The translations under genes and the position numbers were made by a program. A stretch of DNA of 64,000 nt from Candidatus Sulfomarinibacteraceae bacterium (lineage in GTDB: Bacteria > Acidobacteriota > Thermoanaerobaculia > Thermoanaerobaculales > Sulfomarinibacteraceae). Below are positions 1 through 10,674 of the stretch, piece by piece. Location: contig CAWCLO010000001.1 of assembly GCA_963796455.1 (NCBI GenBank), forward strand, positions 32,001-96,000. Reading direction: 5' to 3'. The notes beneath the pieces are model-generated. The model was not told the origin of the DNA. It was given only the letters and a program-made list of their open reading frames with translations, and searched no databases. The first letter of the stretch is position 1; each line of letters begins with the position of its first letter.

Positions 1-83
1 AAAAGGTCCACAGCGACTCGAGACAACGACAGGAGAACTATGACGCCGGCAAGGGCTACTACGAGATCGAACCGGAGGACTGA
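1..83 (+). CDS. 3' end of an upstream CDS (partial, unknown product)
   Basis: Open frame from position 3 (KVHSDSRQRQENYDAGKGYYEIEPED) ends at TGA 81-83, directly before the GTG start at 84. Confidence 0.45.
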   Translation, partial: KVHSDSRQRQENYDAGKGYYEIEPED

Positions 84-1242
84 GTGAACGCTCGACTTCT
101 GACCGCCATCGCCCTCTTGACGATCGTTTCAGGTTTCCCGGGAGCGGTGGACCCCGGGCAGGCTGACGGAGAGCTGGTCTTCATCGTCGCCGCTGACATG
201 CGGAACTTCGCGGCCGACGGCGAGTGGTCGAAAAACTTCTCCGGTGCCTGCGAGGCCGCGCAACGCCGTCGGAGCCGGGTCGTTCATGATCAGTCCCGGA
301 GATCTCGATGTGGATCCCCCATCGGCCGTCCGCGACATGATCGATGCGACCATCGGAGAGGACTACCCGTGGTATCCGGTGCTCGGAAATCACGATCCCG
401 AGTCTCCCTCGAGCATGAATTATCTTCGCGAATACAGCGCGACCGTGCCGAACATCGTCAATCACGGCCCTCCGGGTTGTGAGACAACCACCTTCTCGTT
501 CGAGTGGGCCGATAGCCATTTCGTGGTGCTCAACCAGTACTACGACGGGGCCAGGGACTGGGGCCTCGAGGGCGATATGGTGCCGGAATTGCTCGAGTGG
601 CTCGAGGCGGATCTGGCCGCCAATACCAAGAAACACATTTTTGTCTTCGGTCACGAACCGTTGATTCCGATGCCCGACATGGACAACGGGCGGCTGCGCC
701 ACCAGGGTGACTCTCTGGATGAACATCCCAAGAGCGCCTTTGCCTTCCACCAGATCATGTTGAAATACGGAGTCGACGCCTATGTTTGTGGTCACACCCA
801 CAACACCTCATACGCCAAAATCAACGGTCTGTGGCAGATCGATGCCGGCCATGCGCGAGGCCTCGAGGAGAGATCCTACGCCGATCTGATGTACGCCGCG
901 ATCGATCGGGCGATAGCAGAAGGACGGCAAGAGGGCATCGGTGAGGCAAATTCCATCAAACAGCTCTATCGGGACGACCCCTACCACATCGACTACTGGT
1001 TCAAATACCTCGGGTTGAAGGGCAAACCGGTCACCCAGACGATGGCCCAGTTTTATGACGAGTACGGCAAGGATCCCACGGCCCGAGATCGGTGGTATGA
1101 AGCTCAGATCGAGGGCAAAGGACATTCCAGATCCTCCTTCTTCAAGGTCTTTGTGACTGCCGATGAGGTCAAGGTCGAGATCTACCGTGATGATACCCAT
1201 GGCGGGCCGTATGAGCTGCGGGAGACGATTGTCCTGAACTGA
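84..1242 (+). CDS. Secreted calcineurin-like metallophosphoesterase, split by one frameshift near 260
   Basis: GGAGGA RBS before GTG 84; signal-like N-terminus and first motif (ADMR) in ORF 84..482; GD, GNHD, GHEP and GHTH motifs continue in ORF 244..1242. Confidence 0.8.
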
Positions 1243-1381
1243 AGAGAAAGGGAGCACGGGGGAAAGGGAGAAAGGGAGAGGGCACCGTTGCTTGATGCTC
1301 GATGCTCGATGCTGGATGCAGGATGCTAGATGCTGGATCCCGAGCCCGTTGCCGTTAGCGGTACCGAACGAGGGAAAGGGA
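1243..1381. repeat. Short-period repeat cluster: AAAGGGAG octamers then GATGCT(C/G) heptamers
   Basis: Directly visible. CCGAACGAGGG (~1363-1373) is the reverse complement of CCCTCGTTCGG at 2001-2011. Confidence 0.8.
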
Positions 1382-1499
1382 GATCCTCCCGGCGCTGAAT
1401 TCGCACCCATGTAAATATCACCTCCCGATGTCATCCAGTTCGAGCTCCGGCGCCTGACCCATCCCGTTGCCAGCACGACTGAAGGCAAGCTTCGGTCCC

Positions 1500-1666
1500 T
1501 TCAAGATGTCATCCTGAGCGGAGCCCCGCAGGGGGCGTAGTCGAAGGATCTATGAGACGGACCGCAACGACCTCGAGCCGCAGAACCTGCCCTGAGCGAG
1601 CAGCGCGAGTCGAACGGGTCCTTCGACTGCGCGCCGAAGGCGCTTCGCTCAGGATGACATCTTGAA
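1500..1666 (+). repeat. Palindromic intergenic element with 21-bp perfect terminal inverted repeats (TTCAAGATGTCATCCTGAGCG), copy 1
   Basis: 1500-1520 is the exact reverse complement of 1646-1666; internal hairpins; inverted second copy at 56626-56786. Confidence 0.85.
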
Positions 1667-1683
1667 CGACCGTACCGTTCCCG

Positions 1684-1792
1684 TTGCCGAATGGGTCGGA
1701 CAGTACCCAAGATGGCAGAGGGGCACGGGGGCGGAGGGGCAGAGGACCGCTCGGCATCCTCGCTATCGCTATCGCTATCGGAATCGCTATCG
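1684..1792 (+). repeat. Composite repeat (GTACCCAAGATGGCAGAGGGGC... plus CGCTAT hexamers)
   Basis: Inverted similar copy at about 41577-41652. Confidence 0.7.
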
Positions 1793-1872
1793 AGCGGCTG
1801 CTGTGGATACCGTTCCTGAAAGGGAGAAAGGGAGAACCGTACCGGAAACGTCGTTCGTGATAAGGGCAGAGT

Positions 1873-2000
1873 CTCCTCTGCTCCTCTGCTCCTCTGCTCC
1901 TCTGCTCCTCTGCTCCTCTGCTCCTCTGCTCCTCTGCTCCTCTGCTCCTCTGCTCCTCTGCTCCTCTGCTCCTCTGCTCCTCTGCTCCTCTGCTCCTCTG
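1873..2000 (+). repeat. Perfect tandem repeat (CTCCTCTG)x16
   Basis: 128 bp = 16 exact octamers, counted directly. Confidence 0.95.
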
Positions 2001-2062
2001 CCCTCGTTCGGAATCGGGATCGGGAACGGAATCCCTTGACACCGTTTGACGTTGTCTTCCAC

Positions 2063-4261
2063 GTGAATCACCGACCCGCCGCAATTGCTGCGATCGCCCT
2101 CCTTGGAGCCCTCATGACCCACGCCTCATCGACTGATACACCGCCCACCGAAAAAAACCGGCTCGCCGCATCCAAAAGCCCCTACCTGCTCCAGCACGCC
2201 GACAACCCGGTCGACTGGTATCCCTGGGGCCCTGAGGCTTTTGCAAAGGCGGTGGAGGAGGACAAACCGATCTTCCTTTCCATCGGCTATGCAACCTGTC
2301 ACTGGTGCCACGTGATGGCCCATGAGAGTTTCGAAGACCCCGAGGTGGCGGCGCTGATGAACGAAGCGTTTATCAACATCAAGGTCGACCGCGAAGAACG
2401 ACCCGATATCGACCAGGTCTATATGACGGTTTGCCAGATGATGACCGGCGGCGGCGGCTGGCCCTTGACCATCATCATGACCCCCGACAAAAAACCTTTT
2501 TATGCCGGCACCTACCTCCCCCGCGAAAGCCGCTACGGCCGGATCGGCATGATGGATCTGGTGCCACGGGTCGTCGATATCTGGAACTCCGATCGCGACA
2601 AAGTGATCGGAACCACCCAGCAGATCCTCGCCGGGCTCGAGAAAATGGAGTCGCAGTCCGCCGGAGGCGCCCTCGACCCGGCCATCATCGACAAAGCGTT
2701 TCAACAACTCGGCGGACGATTCGACAGCGCCCACGGCGGTTTCGGCACGGCGCCCAAGTTCCCCTCCCCCCACAATCTGATCTTTCTGACCCGCTACTGG
2801 CGCTCGACCGGGAATCAACTGGCCATCGACATGGTGGAACAGACTCTCGAACAGATGCGGATCGGGGGGATCTATGACCAGATCGGTTTCGGCTTCCACC
2901 GCTACTCCACCGACGCCGAGTGGCTCGTGCCCCATTTCGAGAAGATGCTCTACGACCAGGCGATGCTGGTTTCGGCGTATACCGAGGCCTGGCTCGCCAC
3001 CGGCAATCCGGTCTTCGAACGCACGGTTCGAGAAATCTCCACCTATGTGTTGCGCGACATGACATCCCCGGAGAGTGGTTTCTATTCGGCAGAGGATGCC
3101 GACAGCGAGGGTGAGGAGGGTCTCTTCTACCTCTGGACCACCGCCGAGGTCGAAGAGATCCTCGGCGCGGAAGACGCGGCCTTCGCCGACAAGGTGTGGC
3201 AGCTGACACGGGAGGGCAACTATACCGACGAGGTCAAAGGCGAAAAGACCGGAAGGAACATCCCCCACTTGAACACGAGTCATCTCGACCAGGCCCGGCA
3301 GATGAAACTCGACCTGGATGCCTTCGACCAACGTCTCGAAAAGATCCGAGCCAAACTCTTCGATGCCCGGGAAAAACGGATCCATCCGCTCAAGGACGAC
3401 AAGATCCTGGCCGATTGGAACGGATTGATGGCATCGGCCCTCGCGGTCGCCGGCCGGGCGTTTTCAGAGCCCGAATGGATCGCCGCCGCCGGCCGGGCGA
3501 CGGATTTCGTCCTCGAGACCATGCGATCGGAGGACGGCCGCCTGCTCCACCGCTATCGCGACGGAGACGCCTCGATTCCGGCCTTCCTCGATGACCATGT
3601 CTTCATGACGACCGCAATGCTCGACCTTTACGACGCCACCTTCGATGCGCGATACCTCGAACGGGCCATCCAACTGCAGCACGAGACGATCGTCCTCTTC
3701 GGCGACGACCTCCGAGGCGGATTCTTCTTTACCTCCATCGACAACGAGGAGCTGTTGGTACGACAAAAAGAGATCTACGACGGCGCCATCCCGTCGGGTA
3801 ACTCGATGGCCGCCGACAACTTCGTCCGCCTGGCTCGAATCACCGGATCGACGGACTTTCAAAAGGTCGCCGACAGGACGATCGGTGCCTTCGCCGCCGA
3901 GGCATCGCGCATGCCGTCGGCTCACAGCAACCTGGTGGCGGCGATCCAACGCGAAAAGAATCCATCACTCGAAGTCGTGATCGCCGGCGAGACCGATGCC
4001 GCCGACACCAAGGTCCTGCTCGATGTGGTGCGAGCCGGCTACCGACCGCAGACTGCCGTCCTCGTGGTCGCTCCCGGTAAGAATGGAGATGGGATCCGCC
4101 GCCTCGCGCCCTTTACTGAGAGTTATGAACAGATCGACGGTCAAGCTACGGCCTATGTCTGCCAGAATTTTGAGTGCAAGCTGCCGACGACGGATCCCGG
4201 GAAGCTCAGCGAGTTGCTCGCCGAAGCGACATCAAGTCCCAAACAACCAGAAGATCGCTGA
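2063..4261 (+). CDS. Thioredoxin-domain protein, YyaL/DUF255 (SSP411) family
   Basis: [44 protein letters not shown] and [11 protein letters not shown] motifs. Start uncertain (2036, 2063 or 2114). Confidence 0.92.
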   Translation: MNHRPAAIAAIALLGALMTHASSTDTPPTEKNRLAASKSPYLLQHADNPVDWYPWGPEAFAKAVEEDKPIFLSIGYATCHWCHVMAHESFEDPEVAALMNEAFINIKVDREERPDIDQVYMTVCQMMTGGGGWPLTIIMTPDKKPFYAGTYLPRESRYGRIGMMDLVPRVVDIWNSDRDKVIGTTQQILAGLEKMESQSAGGALDPAIIDKAFQQLGGRFDSAHGGFGTAPKFPSPHNLIFLTRYWRSTGNQLAIDMVEQTLEQMRIGGIYDQIGFGFHRYSTDAEWLVPHFEKMLYDQAMLVSAYTEAWLATGNPVFERTVREISTYVLRDMTSPESGFYSAEDADSEGEEGLFYLWTTAEVEEILGAEDAAFADKVWQLTREGNYTDEVKGEKTGRNIPHLNTSHLDQARQMKLDLDAFDQRLEKIRAKLFDAREKRIHPLKDDKILADWNGLMASALAVAGRAFSEPEWIAAAGRATDFVLETMRSEDGRLLHRYRDGDASIPAFLDDHVFMTTAMLDLYDATFDARYLERAIQLQHETIVLFGDDLRGGFFFTSIDNEELLVRQKEIYDGAIPSGNSMAADNFVRLARITGSTDFQKVADRTIGAFAAEASRMPSAHSNLVAAIQREKNPSLEVVIAGETDAADTKVLLDVVRAGYRPQTAVLVVAPGKNGDGIRRLAPFTESYEQIDGQATAYVCQNFECKLPTTDPGKLSELLAEATSSPKQPEDR

Positions 4262-4283
4262 TACTGGATACTGGATGCTGGAT

Positions 4284-4849
4284 CACTCTTGTCCAAGACA
4301 GAGTCTCGGATAGCGTTCAGGAACGGACCTGAAGGTGGGCCTTGGCCTAACTTCAGAGTTGTGCCCCGCTGGCTGCATCACCCAGCCCAGGCGGGAAGTA
4401 TCGGACAGCGATCAGGGGCAGCGGCAGCGAACAGTCGCCAGCGCCAGTGTTCAGTCATCAGCGTCAGCGATCAGCGGCCGGGACAGTGCACAGCACTCAT
4501 TTCTTCGGTAATCCGGCCTTGGTGGTGCGGCCGTCTCGGCCGCACGGTGGGTAGGCGAGACGCCGACACCACAGCGGCTGTTCCTTCTGTTGAACGACCC
4601 GGAGGTGATCACGCCGTCACTGCACCTGATTGCTGCACCTGATCTCTGCCTCTGATCGCTGATCCCTGTCGCTGCCCCTGTTCGCTGTTGCCTGTCGCTG
4701 ACGCTGGACACTGTCGCTGCCGCTGCAATTCGGACGCGGACGCGGACACGGGCACGGGCAACCGCGAACCGGAATTGCCAAGAACCAACCCGTAAACCAC
4801 GTGTTTATCAGTGGGGAAACTCCATGACGATCTTTTTTGGACAGCAGTG
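4284..4849 (-). mobile_element. CACT/AGTG TIR element, copy A (non-autonomous, REP-doublet core), inverted relative to copies B and D
   Basis: Ends CACTCTTGTCCAAGACAG and TCTTTTTTGGACAGCAGTG, flanked by AT on both sides inside a CTGGATG array; homologous to 25858-26715, 50605-50982 and 60868-61303. Confidence 0.8.
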
Positions 4850-4961
4850 ATGCTGGATGCTGGACTACCGCTGTCCAAATACAATTCGTCATGAGGGATC
4901 CAGGATCTAGCATCCAGTATCCAGCATCCTCTTTCCGCGGGAGCCTGTAACATAGCCCCCG

Positions 4962-7178
4962 ATGATCCAGACCCCCCTCCGCCAGCGCCTCGATCTCAGC
5001 ACGGGTTGGGAATTCGTGAAAGGCCGCGTCAGGCGAGGTTGGCTGGCCGGCAGGACCGGCGCCGGCGAGGTGGTGGATCTTCCCCACTCGTGGAACGCTT
5101 TTGATACCTACCAAGCGGGACGAAAAAGTTACTCCGGACGCGGCGCCTACCGGCGGGGCTTCGGTCTCCCCCGACCAGAGGGGGACGCCGGCATCCTGAG
5201 GCTCTACAGCGAGGGCTTCTACGGAGTCGGAGAAATCTGGATCGACGGCAAACGTATCGCCGATTTCGACGCCCAGTATCTCGGTTTCGACATCGACCTC
5301 CCAGAGGAGTTCAGCACCGGCGAACACGTCCTCGCCATCCGTCTCGACAATCGCTACCGCCCGAACGTCCTTCCGGGCAAACGAGACCCCGATTTCATTC
5401 TCCACGGAGGTGTGGCGGGCAGAGTATTTCTCGAACGAAGGACGGCGGTTCGTCTGAGCGTCAGCCAAATGGCAGTCACCAAGGAAACGGTGGATGAAGG
5501 CGGTGAGGAGCTGAGTCTTCACTGCGCAGTCGTCAATCAGACGGATCGTCCAGTCAATGGCATCGTTCGTTGGGTCGTCAGCGATCCCACCGGGTTTTCG
5601 GCCTGTGCCACTCAATCCGAGTCCTTCGAGGCCGCCGCCGCTTCACTCGGATCCGGGCTCGTCTCCGCCATCGTGTTGGATCGCCCGAAGTGCTGGTCGC
5701 CAGACTCGCCCCATCTCTATTGGGCCGAGTGCCGCCTGATCGTCGACGACATGGTGATCGATGCGGCCCGAATCCGTTTCGGAATAACCCGCGCCGAGTT
5801 TCGCCCCCGCGAAGGATTCTTCCTTGACGGCGCACGGGTCGATCTTCACGGCTGCAACCGCCACGAGGCCCTGCCTGGTTTTGGCAACGCCCTGCCGGAC
5901 GCGCTCCAGAGACGAGACGCCCACATCATGCACCAACTGGGCTGCAACTTCGTCCGTCTGTCCCACTATCCGCAGTCACCCACATTTATCGACGCCTGCG
6001 ATGAGCTGGGCATTTTGGTTTATGCGGAAATTGCATCCTGGAAGAGCGTCCGGTCGTCAAGAGGATGGCGCCGAGCCGCACGCCGCCAGATGCACGATCT
6101 CATCATTCGGGACCGCCACCACCCCAGCGTCATTCTGTGGGGAATGGGCAATGAATCGCGCTCGCGAAAGGCCTACCGGGAGCTGCGATCGATCGCGCGG
6201 GAACTCGATCCGGCGCGCCCGGTGATCTACGCCGAAAACCACCTCTACCGTGCCCGACGCGAGAAAACCATCGGCATCCCTGATGTGTGGGGTGTCAATT
6301 ATGAACTCGACGTATTGCAGGAGGCCCGCGATTCGAGCCGGCTCGAAAATGTCATTCTCTCCGAGTGCTGCAATCACCCCATGAGCATCAAGGGCGATGA
6401 ACGACAGGAACTGACTCAGGTCGCGACCCTGGAGCGAGAGTGGGAGGTGATGGACGAACATCCGTGGATCGCCGGCCACGCGGTCTGGGGCCTGACCGAC
6501 TACGCGACGGAACATCGTAATCGCTACCGCCGCCAGAACGGTCTGCTCGACGCCTGGCGGGGCCCGAAGATGGCGGCCGAACTCTTTCGCGCCCGCTATG
6601 CGGCGGCGCCCTTCGTGTCGATTTTCGTGACCCAGGAACGAGTTGATCTGCCGACCTCGAAATATCGAAAAGAGCATTCTCCCGAAATCTCGGGAGGCGG
6701 TCTCTTGCTGCACGTTTTTTCGAATTGCGAGAGTGTCCGGCTGACCCGCGACGGTTCGTATCTCGCGGTCCTCGAAGGGGCGCTGCACCACGTGGTCGAG
6801 ATCGATGATCGATTCCAGGAGATTATCGCCACCGGTTCTCGCGGCGAAGTAATGGACCAACAGGTGTATCGGCGGCACGATGCGGCGACCCGCATCGAGA
6901 TCACGACCACCGACCGGGCCACCGCCGGAGCGATCGTCACCCTCGATGTCTCGATCCGTGATCGATCGGGAGTGAAGGCCAGGAACTGGAATGGACACCT
7001 GCAAATCGCCAGCGAGGGCGATGCCCGGATGATTCCCTATACCGAGGCGGGGGATGTTCTGATGGCGCGGGGTGAAGGCCGCGCCTACCTCGAGGTCGGT
7101 CGATCCAGTGGCCTCATCATGATTCGGGCCGCCGGCGATGGGCTGGATCCGGGGTTTCTGACACTCAGCGATTCGTGA
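4962..7178 (+). CDS. Glycoside hydrolase family 2 (beta-galactosidase/glucuronidase-like)
   Basis: LPHSWN, HGCNRHE, RLSHYP, RDRHHPSVILWGMGNE (acid/base) and SE nucleophile region. Confidence 0.9.
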   Translation: MIQTPLRQRLDLSTGWEFVKGRVRRGWLAGRTGAGEVVDLPHSWNAFDTYQAGRKSYSGRGAYRRGFGLPRPEGDAGILRLYSEGFYGVGEIWIDGKRIADFDAQYLGFDIDLPEEFSTGEHVLAIRLDNRYRPNVLPGKRDPDFILHGGVAGRVFLERRTAVRLSVSQMAVTKETVDEGGEELSLHCAVVNQTDRPVNGIVRWVVSDPTGFSACATQSESFEAAAASLGSGLVSAIVLDRPKCWSPDSPHLYWAECRLIVDDMVIDAARIRFGITRAEFRPREGFFLDGARVDLHGCNRHEALPGFGNALPDALQRRDAHIMHQLGCNFVRLSHYPQSPTFIDACDELGILVYAEIASWKSVRSSRGWRRAARRQMHDLIIRDRHHPSVILWGMGNESRSRKAYRELRSIARELDPARPVIYAENHLYRARREKTIGIPDVWGVNYELDVLQEARDSSRLENVILSECCNHPMSIKGDERQELTQVATLEREWEVMDEHPWIAGHAVWGLTDYATEHRNRYRRQNGLLDAWRGPKMAAELFRARYAAAPFVSIFVTQERVDLPTSKYRKEHSPEISGGGLLLHVFSNCESVRLTRDGSYLAVLEGALHHVVEIDDRFQEIIATGSRGEVMDQQVYRRHDAATRIEITTTDRATAGAIVTLDVSIRDRSGVKARNWNGHLQIASEGDARMIPYTEAGDVLMARGEGRAYLEVGRSSGLIMIRAAGDGLDPGFLTLSDS

Positions 7179-7977
7179 TGTCGCCGAAGATCCTCTGCGA
7201 CAACTCGATCGTTTCTTCGTCGAACGCGGCAACGTACTCCGAGTCATCGATGAAGTGACGCCACCGTTCGAGGACAGCCATGTCCCGCGCCCGGTCCTGG
7301 AATTCCTGCCCCGAGAAGGAGCTGCCGCCTCCATCTGTCGAGACCTCGTCGAGCCCCCGATGCTCGTCGTCGAGCCCGAGTTCCCCGGCCTTGGCGCGGC
7401 GATAGTCGAGGTCTGAAAACCACTGATTGAAGCTGACCCTGATCGTATCCTCAGGCAAGAAGGAGGTCTCGCCGAGATACTCACGGGCGTAGACCTTCCA
7501 CTCGGTCTTGAAAAACCGATGGAGGCGGTTGCGCATCCTTCGTTTGCCGTGCCACACACTGGCAAAGGTGTTGTAGGCGTCGCGGAGCACCAGCACCGTC
7601 TGCACTTTATTGCTGGCGCCGATGTACCGCCTGGCGCCGTCGCCCAGGATGGCCTCACCCGGAACCCGCTTCAGGGGGAAGTTCTCGACGTTGGTGAGAA
7701 GGACCTCCTTGTGCATCTTCGCGACGTCGCGCCAGGAGGCTCCGGGCGGTAGCTCGACGTTGTAGAGCCGGCGGCCGGGACCGCCATATCGATCAGGATC
7801 GGTGATTCTTCGAAAAATTCTCTCGCCCCGAATCCGCACCTTGATGGGTTTGGAAAATGCGTTGTTGAGATGGAACACCTGCCGATCGAGGTTGCGCGCG
7901 ATCCAGTTGACCACGGCGTGGCCCCCGCCCCGTTTGAGGTGGTACACCCAGATCGTGAGGTCGTTGCGGTAGTTCAT
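7165..7977 (-). CDS. Hypothetical protein with sulfotransferase-like fold
   Basis: Start MNYRNDL at 7977; KRGGGHAVVNWI resembles the 5'-PSB loop and VLRDAYNTFAS the 3'-PB motif. Confidence 0.55.
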   Translation of the reverse strand: MNYRNDLTIWVYHLKRGGGHAVVNWIARNLDRQVFHLNNAFSKPIKVRIRGERIFRRITDPDRYGGPGRRLYNVELPPGASWRDVAKMHKEVLLTNVENFPLKRVPGEAILGDGARRYIGASNKVQTVLVLRDAYNTFASVWHGKRRMRNRLHRFFKTEWKVYAREYLGETSFLPEDTIRVSFNQWFSDLDYRRAKAGELGLDDEHRGLDEVSTDGGGSSFSGQEFQDRARDMAVLERWRHFIDDSEYVAAFDEETIELSQRIFGDITNR

Positions 7978-8092
7978 CTGAGGATGAGTATATCCGGGGT
8001 GCCACGTACACACTTCCACAGTTGTCAGACTGCCGCAGATCCATGGCTTCACAGATAGGGGCAACTTGGACGTGGCACCCTGAAACGCGCCT

Positions 8093-8118
8093 TGGTGGTG
8101 CAGGCGTCTCGCCTGCAC
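8093..8118 (+). repeat. Single REP-like hairpin TGGTGGTGCAGGCGTCTCGCCTGCAC
   Basis: Same unit forms the doublets at 4520-4573, 27458-27509, 50759-50813 and 61109-61163; lies just past the kinase stop codon. Confidence 0.75.
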
Positions 8119-8124
8119 AATCGG

Positions 8125-9201
8125 TCAGCGGCGAACCCGGGCGTTGCCGGCCCAGATGCTCCAGATCTGCTCCTCGTCCGCCGGTTGGGCGTAGTCCGTC
8201 AGCAGGGTCGTCACCAGGGCGCCACTCGCCCATCCGAATTGGATCCATTTCTCGGGTTCCCAGCCCTTGAGCATGGCGTAGAGCAAGCCGCCGACGAACC
8301 CGTCGCCACCACCAATGCGATCGAGGACAACGATCTCCCGCGGCTCGACTACGTGCCACTCGTCCCCCACCGCTGCGATGGCGCCCCACATATGGGCATT
8401 GGTGCTGATGACCTCGCGTAGAGTAGTGGCAAAAACCGTTGTCTCGGGGTAGGCCGCCTTCGCCCGGTCGATCATGCCTTTGAAGCTCTCGATCTTCGCG
8501 GCGAGGTCTTTGCCACCGGCTTCCGGACCCTCGATGCCGAGGCAGAGCTGGAAGTCTTCCTCGTTTCCGACCAGTACATCGGACAAGGAGGCGATCTCGT
8601 GGAAAACCTCGTGCAGCTCGTCTTCACGATTGGCCCAGAAGGTGGCGCGGTGGTTGAGATCGAAAGAAATACGGCTGCCGTGCTCTTTGGCGGATCGAGC
8701 CACATCCAGGCAGAAGGCGCTGGTCTCCGGCGACAGGGCACCGACGAGCCCCGACAGGTGCACGGCACGAACACCCTCGCTCCCGAAGATCCGATCGAAA
8801 TCGAAGTCCTTAGCGTTGAGGGTGAGTCCGACCTCTCCCGCGCGGTCGTTGTGGACGCGAGGCCCGCGTGAGCCGTAGCCGGTGTCTGCCATGTTGATCT
8901 GGTGGCGGTATCCCCAGGGCCCTCCCGGGTCGACCTCTCGACCCTCGTAGTCCATGTGGCGAGCCGCCAGGTCATCCTTGATCATGCGCGAGATCGGGCT
9001 GCCTTTGACAAAGGCCGTCAGGACCTTCACGGGCAGGCCGAGATAGGAAGAGACACTCGCCACGTTTGATTCGGCGCTGGTGACCTCCATGACAAAATTC
9101 TTGCTGCAATGGACTCCCTGGCCGTTGGACGGCGTCAGCCGAACACCCATACTTGTGGGCACCAGAAGTGCGTATCTGCTGTCTTCGCGAAAGGTGATCA
9201 T
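8125..9201 (-). CDS. kdgK: PfkB-family sugar-acid kinase (KdgK-like)
   Basis: SFDLNHRATFW, GNEED and DRIGGGDGF motifs; in a hexuronate operon. Confidence 0.75.
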   Translation of the reverse strand: MITFREDSRYALLVPTSMGVRLTPSNGQGVHCSKNFVMEVTSAESNVASVSSYLGLPVKVLTAFVKGSPISRMIKDDLAARHMDYEGREVDPGGPWGYRHQINMADTGYGSRGPRVHNDRAGEVGLTLNAKDFDFDRIFGSEGVRAVHLSGLVGALSPETSAFCLDVARSAKEHGSRISFDLNHRATFWANREDELHEVFHEIASLSDVLVGNEEDFQLCLGIEGPEAGGKDLAAKIESFKGMIDRAKAAYPETTVFATTLREVISTNAHMWGAIAAVGDEWHVVEPREIVVLDRIGGGDGFVGGLLYAMLKGWEPEKWIQFGWASGALVTTLLTDYAQPADEEQIWSIWAGNARVRR

Positions 9202-9219
9202 TTTCGGTGTTTCCTCTCT

Positions 9220-10674
9220 CTACGCCTGGTAGGTGTTCGCGGTGACATCGCCACCGTGACCGGTCCAATCGGTGTGGAAGAACTCGCCCCGCGGCCGGTC
9301 CACCCGCTCATAGGTGTGGGCACCGAAATAGTCGCGCTGAGCCTGCAGGAGATTTGCCGGCAGCCGTCCATGACGGTAGCCGTCGAAGAAGGCCAGACCG
9401 CTGGACATCGCCGGCACCGGGATCCCCATCTGCACCGCCCTGGACACAACCCTTCGCCACGCAGCCTGGGCATTCTCGACCGCCTCTTTGAAATAGGGAT
9501 CGAGGAGCAGATTGCTGAGCTCCGGGTCGTTGTCGAAGGCCTCTTTGATCTTGCCGAGAAAGGCCGAGCGAATGATGCACCCACCGCGCCACATCAACGC
9601 GATGCCACCGTTGTTGAGGTTCCAACCGTATTCTTTGGCGGCCGCCCGCATCAGCATGTAGCCCTGCGCATAAGAAATGATCTTGGCCGCGTACAGCGCT
9701 TGGCGCAGGTCATCGACAAAAGCCTCGCGGTTGCCCTCGAATGAGGCATCAGGACCGGAGAGCACCTGCTCAGCCGCCACCCGCTCTTCTTTCAATGCCG
9801 AAAGAAAACGCGCCAGCACAGCCTCGGCAATCAGGGTCAAAGGAATGCCCATTTCGAGGGCGGACATGGCAGTCCACTTCCCGGTGCCCTTTTGTCCCGC
9901 GGTATCGAGGATCTTTTCGAGCACCGGCTCGCCGTCGTCGTCCTTGAAACCGAGGATGTCCCGCGTGATCTCGATCAGATAGGAGTCCAGCTCGCCCTCG
10001 TTCCACACGGCAAAGGTCTTGTGCATCTGGTCGTGGTCGAGCCCGAGGCCCTCCTTCATCAATTGATAGGCTTCGCAGATCAACTGCATGTCACCGTATT
10101 CGATGCCGTTATGAACCATCTTGACGAAGTGACCGGCGCCGTTCTCACCCACCCAGTCACAACAGGGGGTGCCATCCTCGACCTTGGCCGAGACGGCCTG
10201 GAAGATCGGTTGAACGTGTTGCCACGCAGCCGGAGAACCACCGGGCATGATTGAGGGCCCGAGCCGCGCGCCCTCTTCGCCACCGGACACACCGGTGCCG
10301 ATATAGAGCAGCCCCTTTGATTCGACGTGGGCCGCGCGCCGCATGGTGTCGTTGTAGTTGGAGTTCCCTCCGTCGATAATGATGTCGCCCTCTTCGAGCA
10401 AGGGGATCAGGGTTTCAATGAAGTCATCGACCGGTTTGCCCGCCTTGACCAACAACATCACGCGCCGTGGTTTTGCGAGGGCGTCGACCAGTTCCTCCAC
10501 CGAATGGGCGCCGACGATCTCGGTTCCTTTTGCGTTTCCGTTCAGGAATTCGTCCACCGTCGCCACGGTCCGGTTGTAGACCGCGACCTTGAAACCATGG
10601 TCGTTCATATTCAACACGAGGTTCTGTCCCATCACCGCGAGCCCGATGAGACCGATGTCTGCCTTGTCCGTCAT
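9220..10674 (-). CDS. gnd: 6-phosphogluconate dehydrogenase, decarboxylating
   Basis: [31 protein letters not shown] and [12 protein letters not shown] motifs. Confidence 0.97.
   Translation of the reverse strand: MTDKADIGLIGLAVMGQNLVLNMNDHGFKVAVYNRTVATVDEFLNGNAKGTEIVGAHSVEELVDALAKPRRVMLLVKAGKPVDDFIETLIPLLEEGDIIIDGGNSNYNDTMRRAAHVESKGLLYIGTGVSGGEEGARLGPSIMPGGSPAAWQHVQPIFQAVSAKVEDGTPCCDWVGENGAGHFVKMVHNGIEYGDMQLICEAYQLMKEGLGLDHDQMHKTFAVWNEGELDSYLIEITRDILGFKDDDGEPVLEKILDTAGQKGTGKWTAMSALEMGIPLTLIAEAVLARFLSALKEERVAAEQVLSGPDASFEGNREAFVDDLRQALYAAKIISYAQGYMLMRAAAKEYGWNLNNGGIALMWRGGCIIRSAFLGKIKEAFDNDPELSNLLLDPYFKEAVENAQAAWRRVVSRAVQMGIPVPAMSSGLAFFDGYRHGRLPANLLQAQRDYFGAHTYERVDRPRGEFFHTDWTGHGGDVTANTYQA

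Noticed and set aside
1509..2122. ORFs with RGAEEQRS or LLCSSAP repeats
   Set aside because: Translations of the CTCCTCTG tract; no RBS or family motifs.
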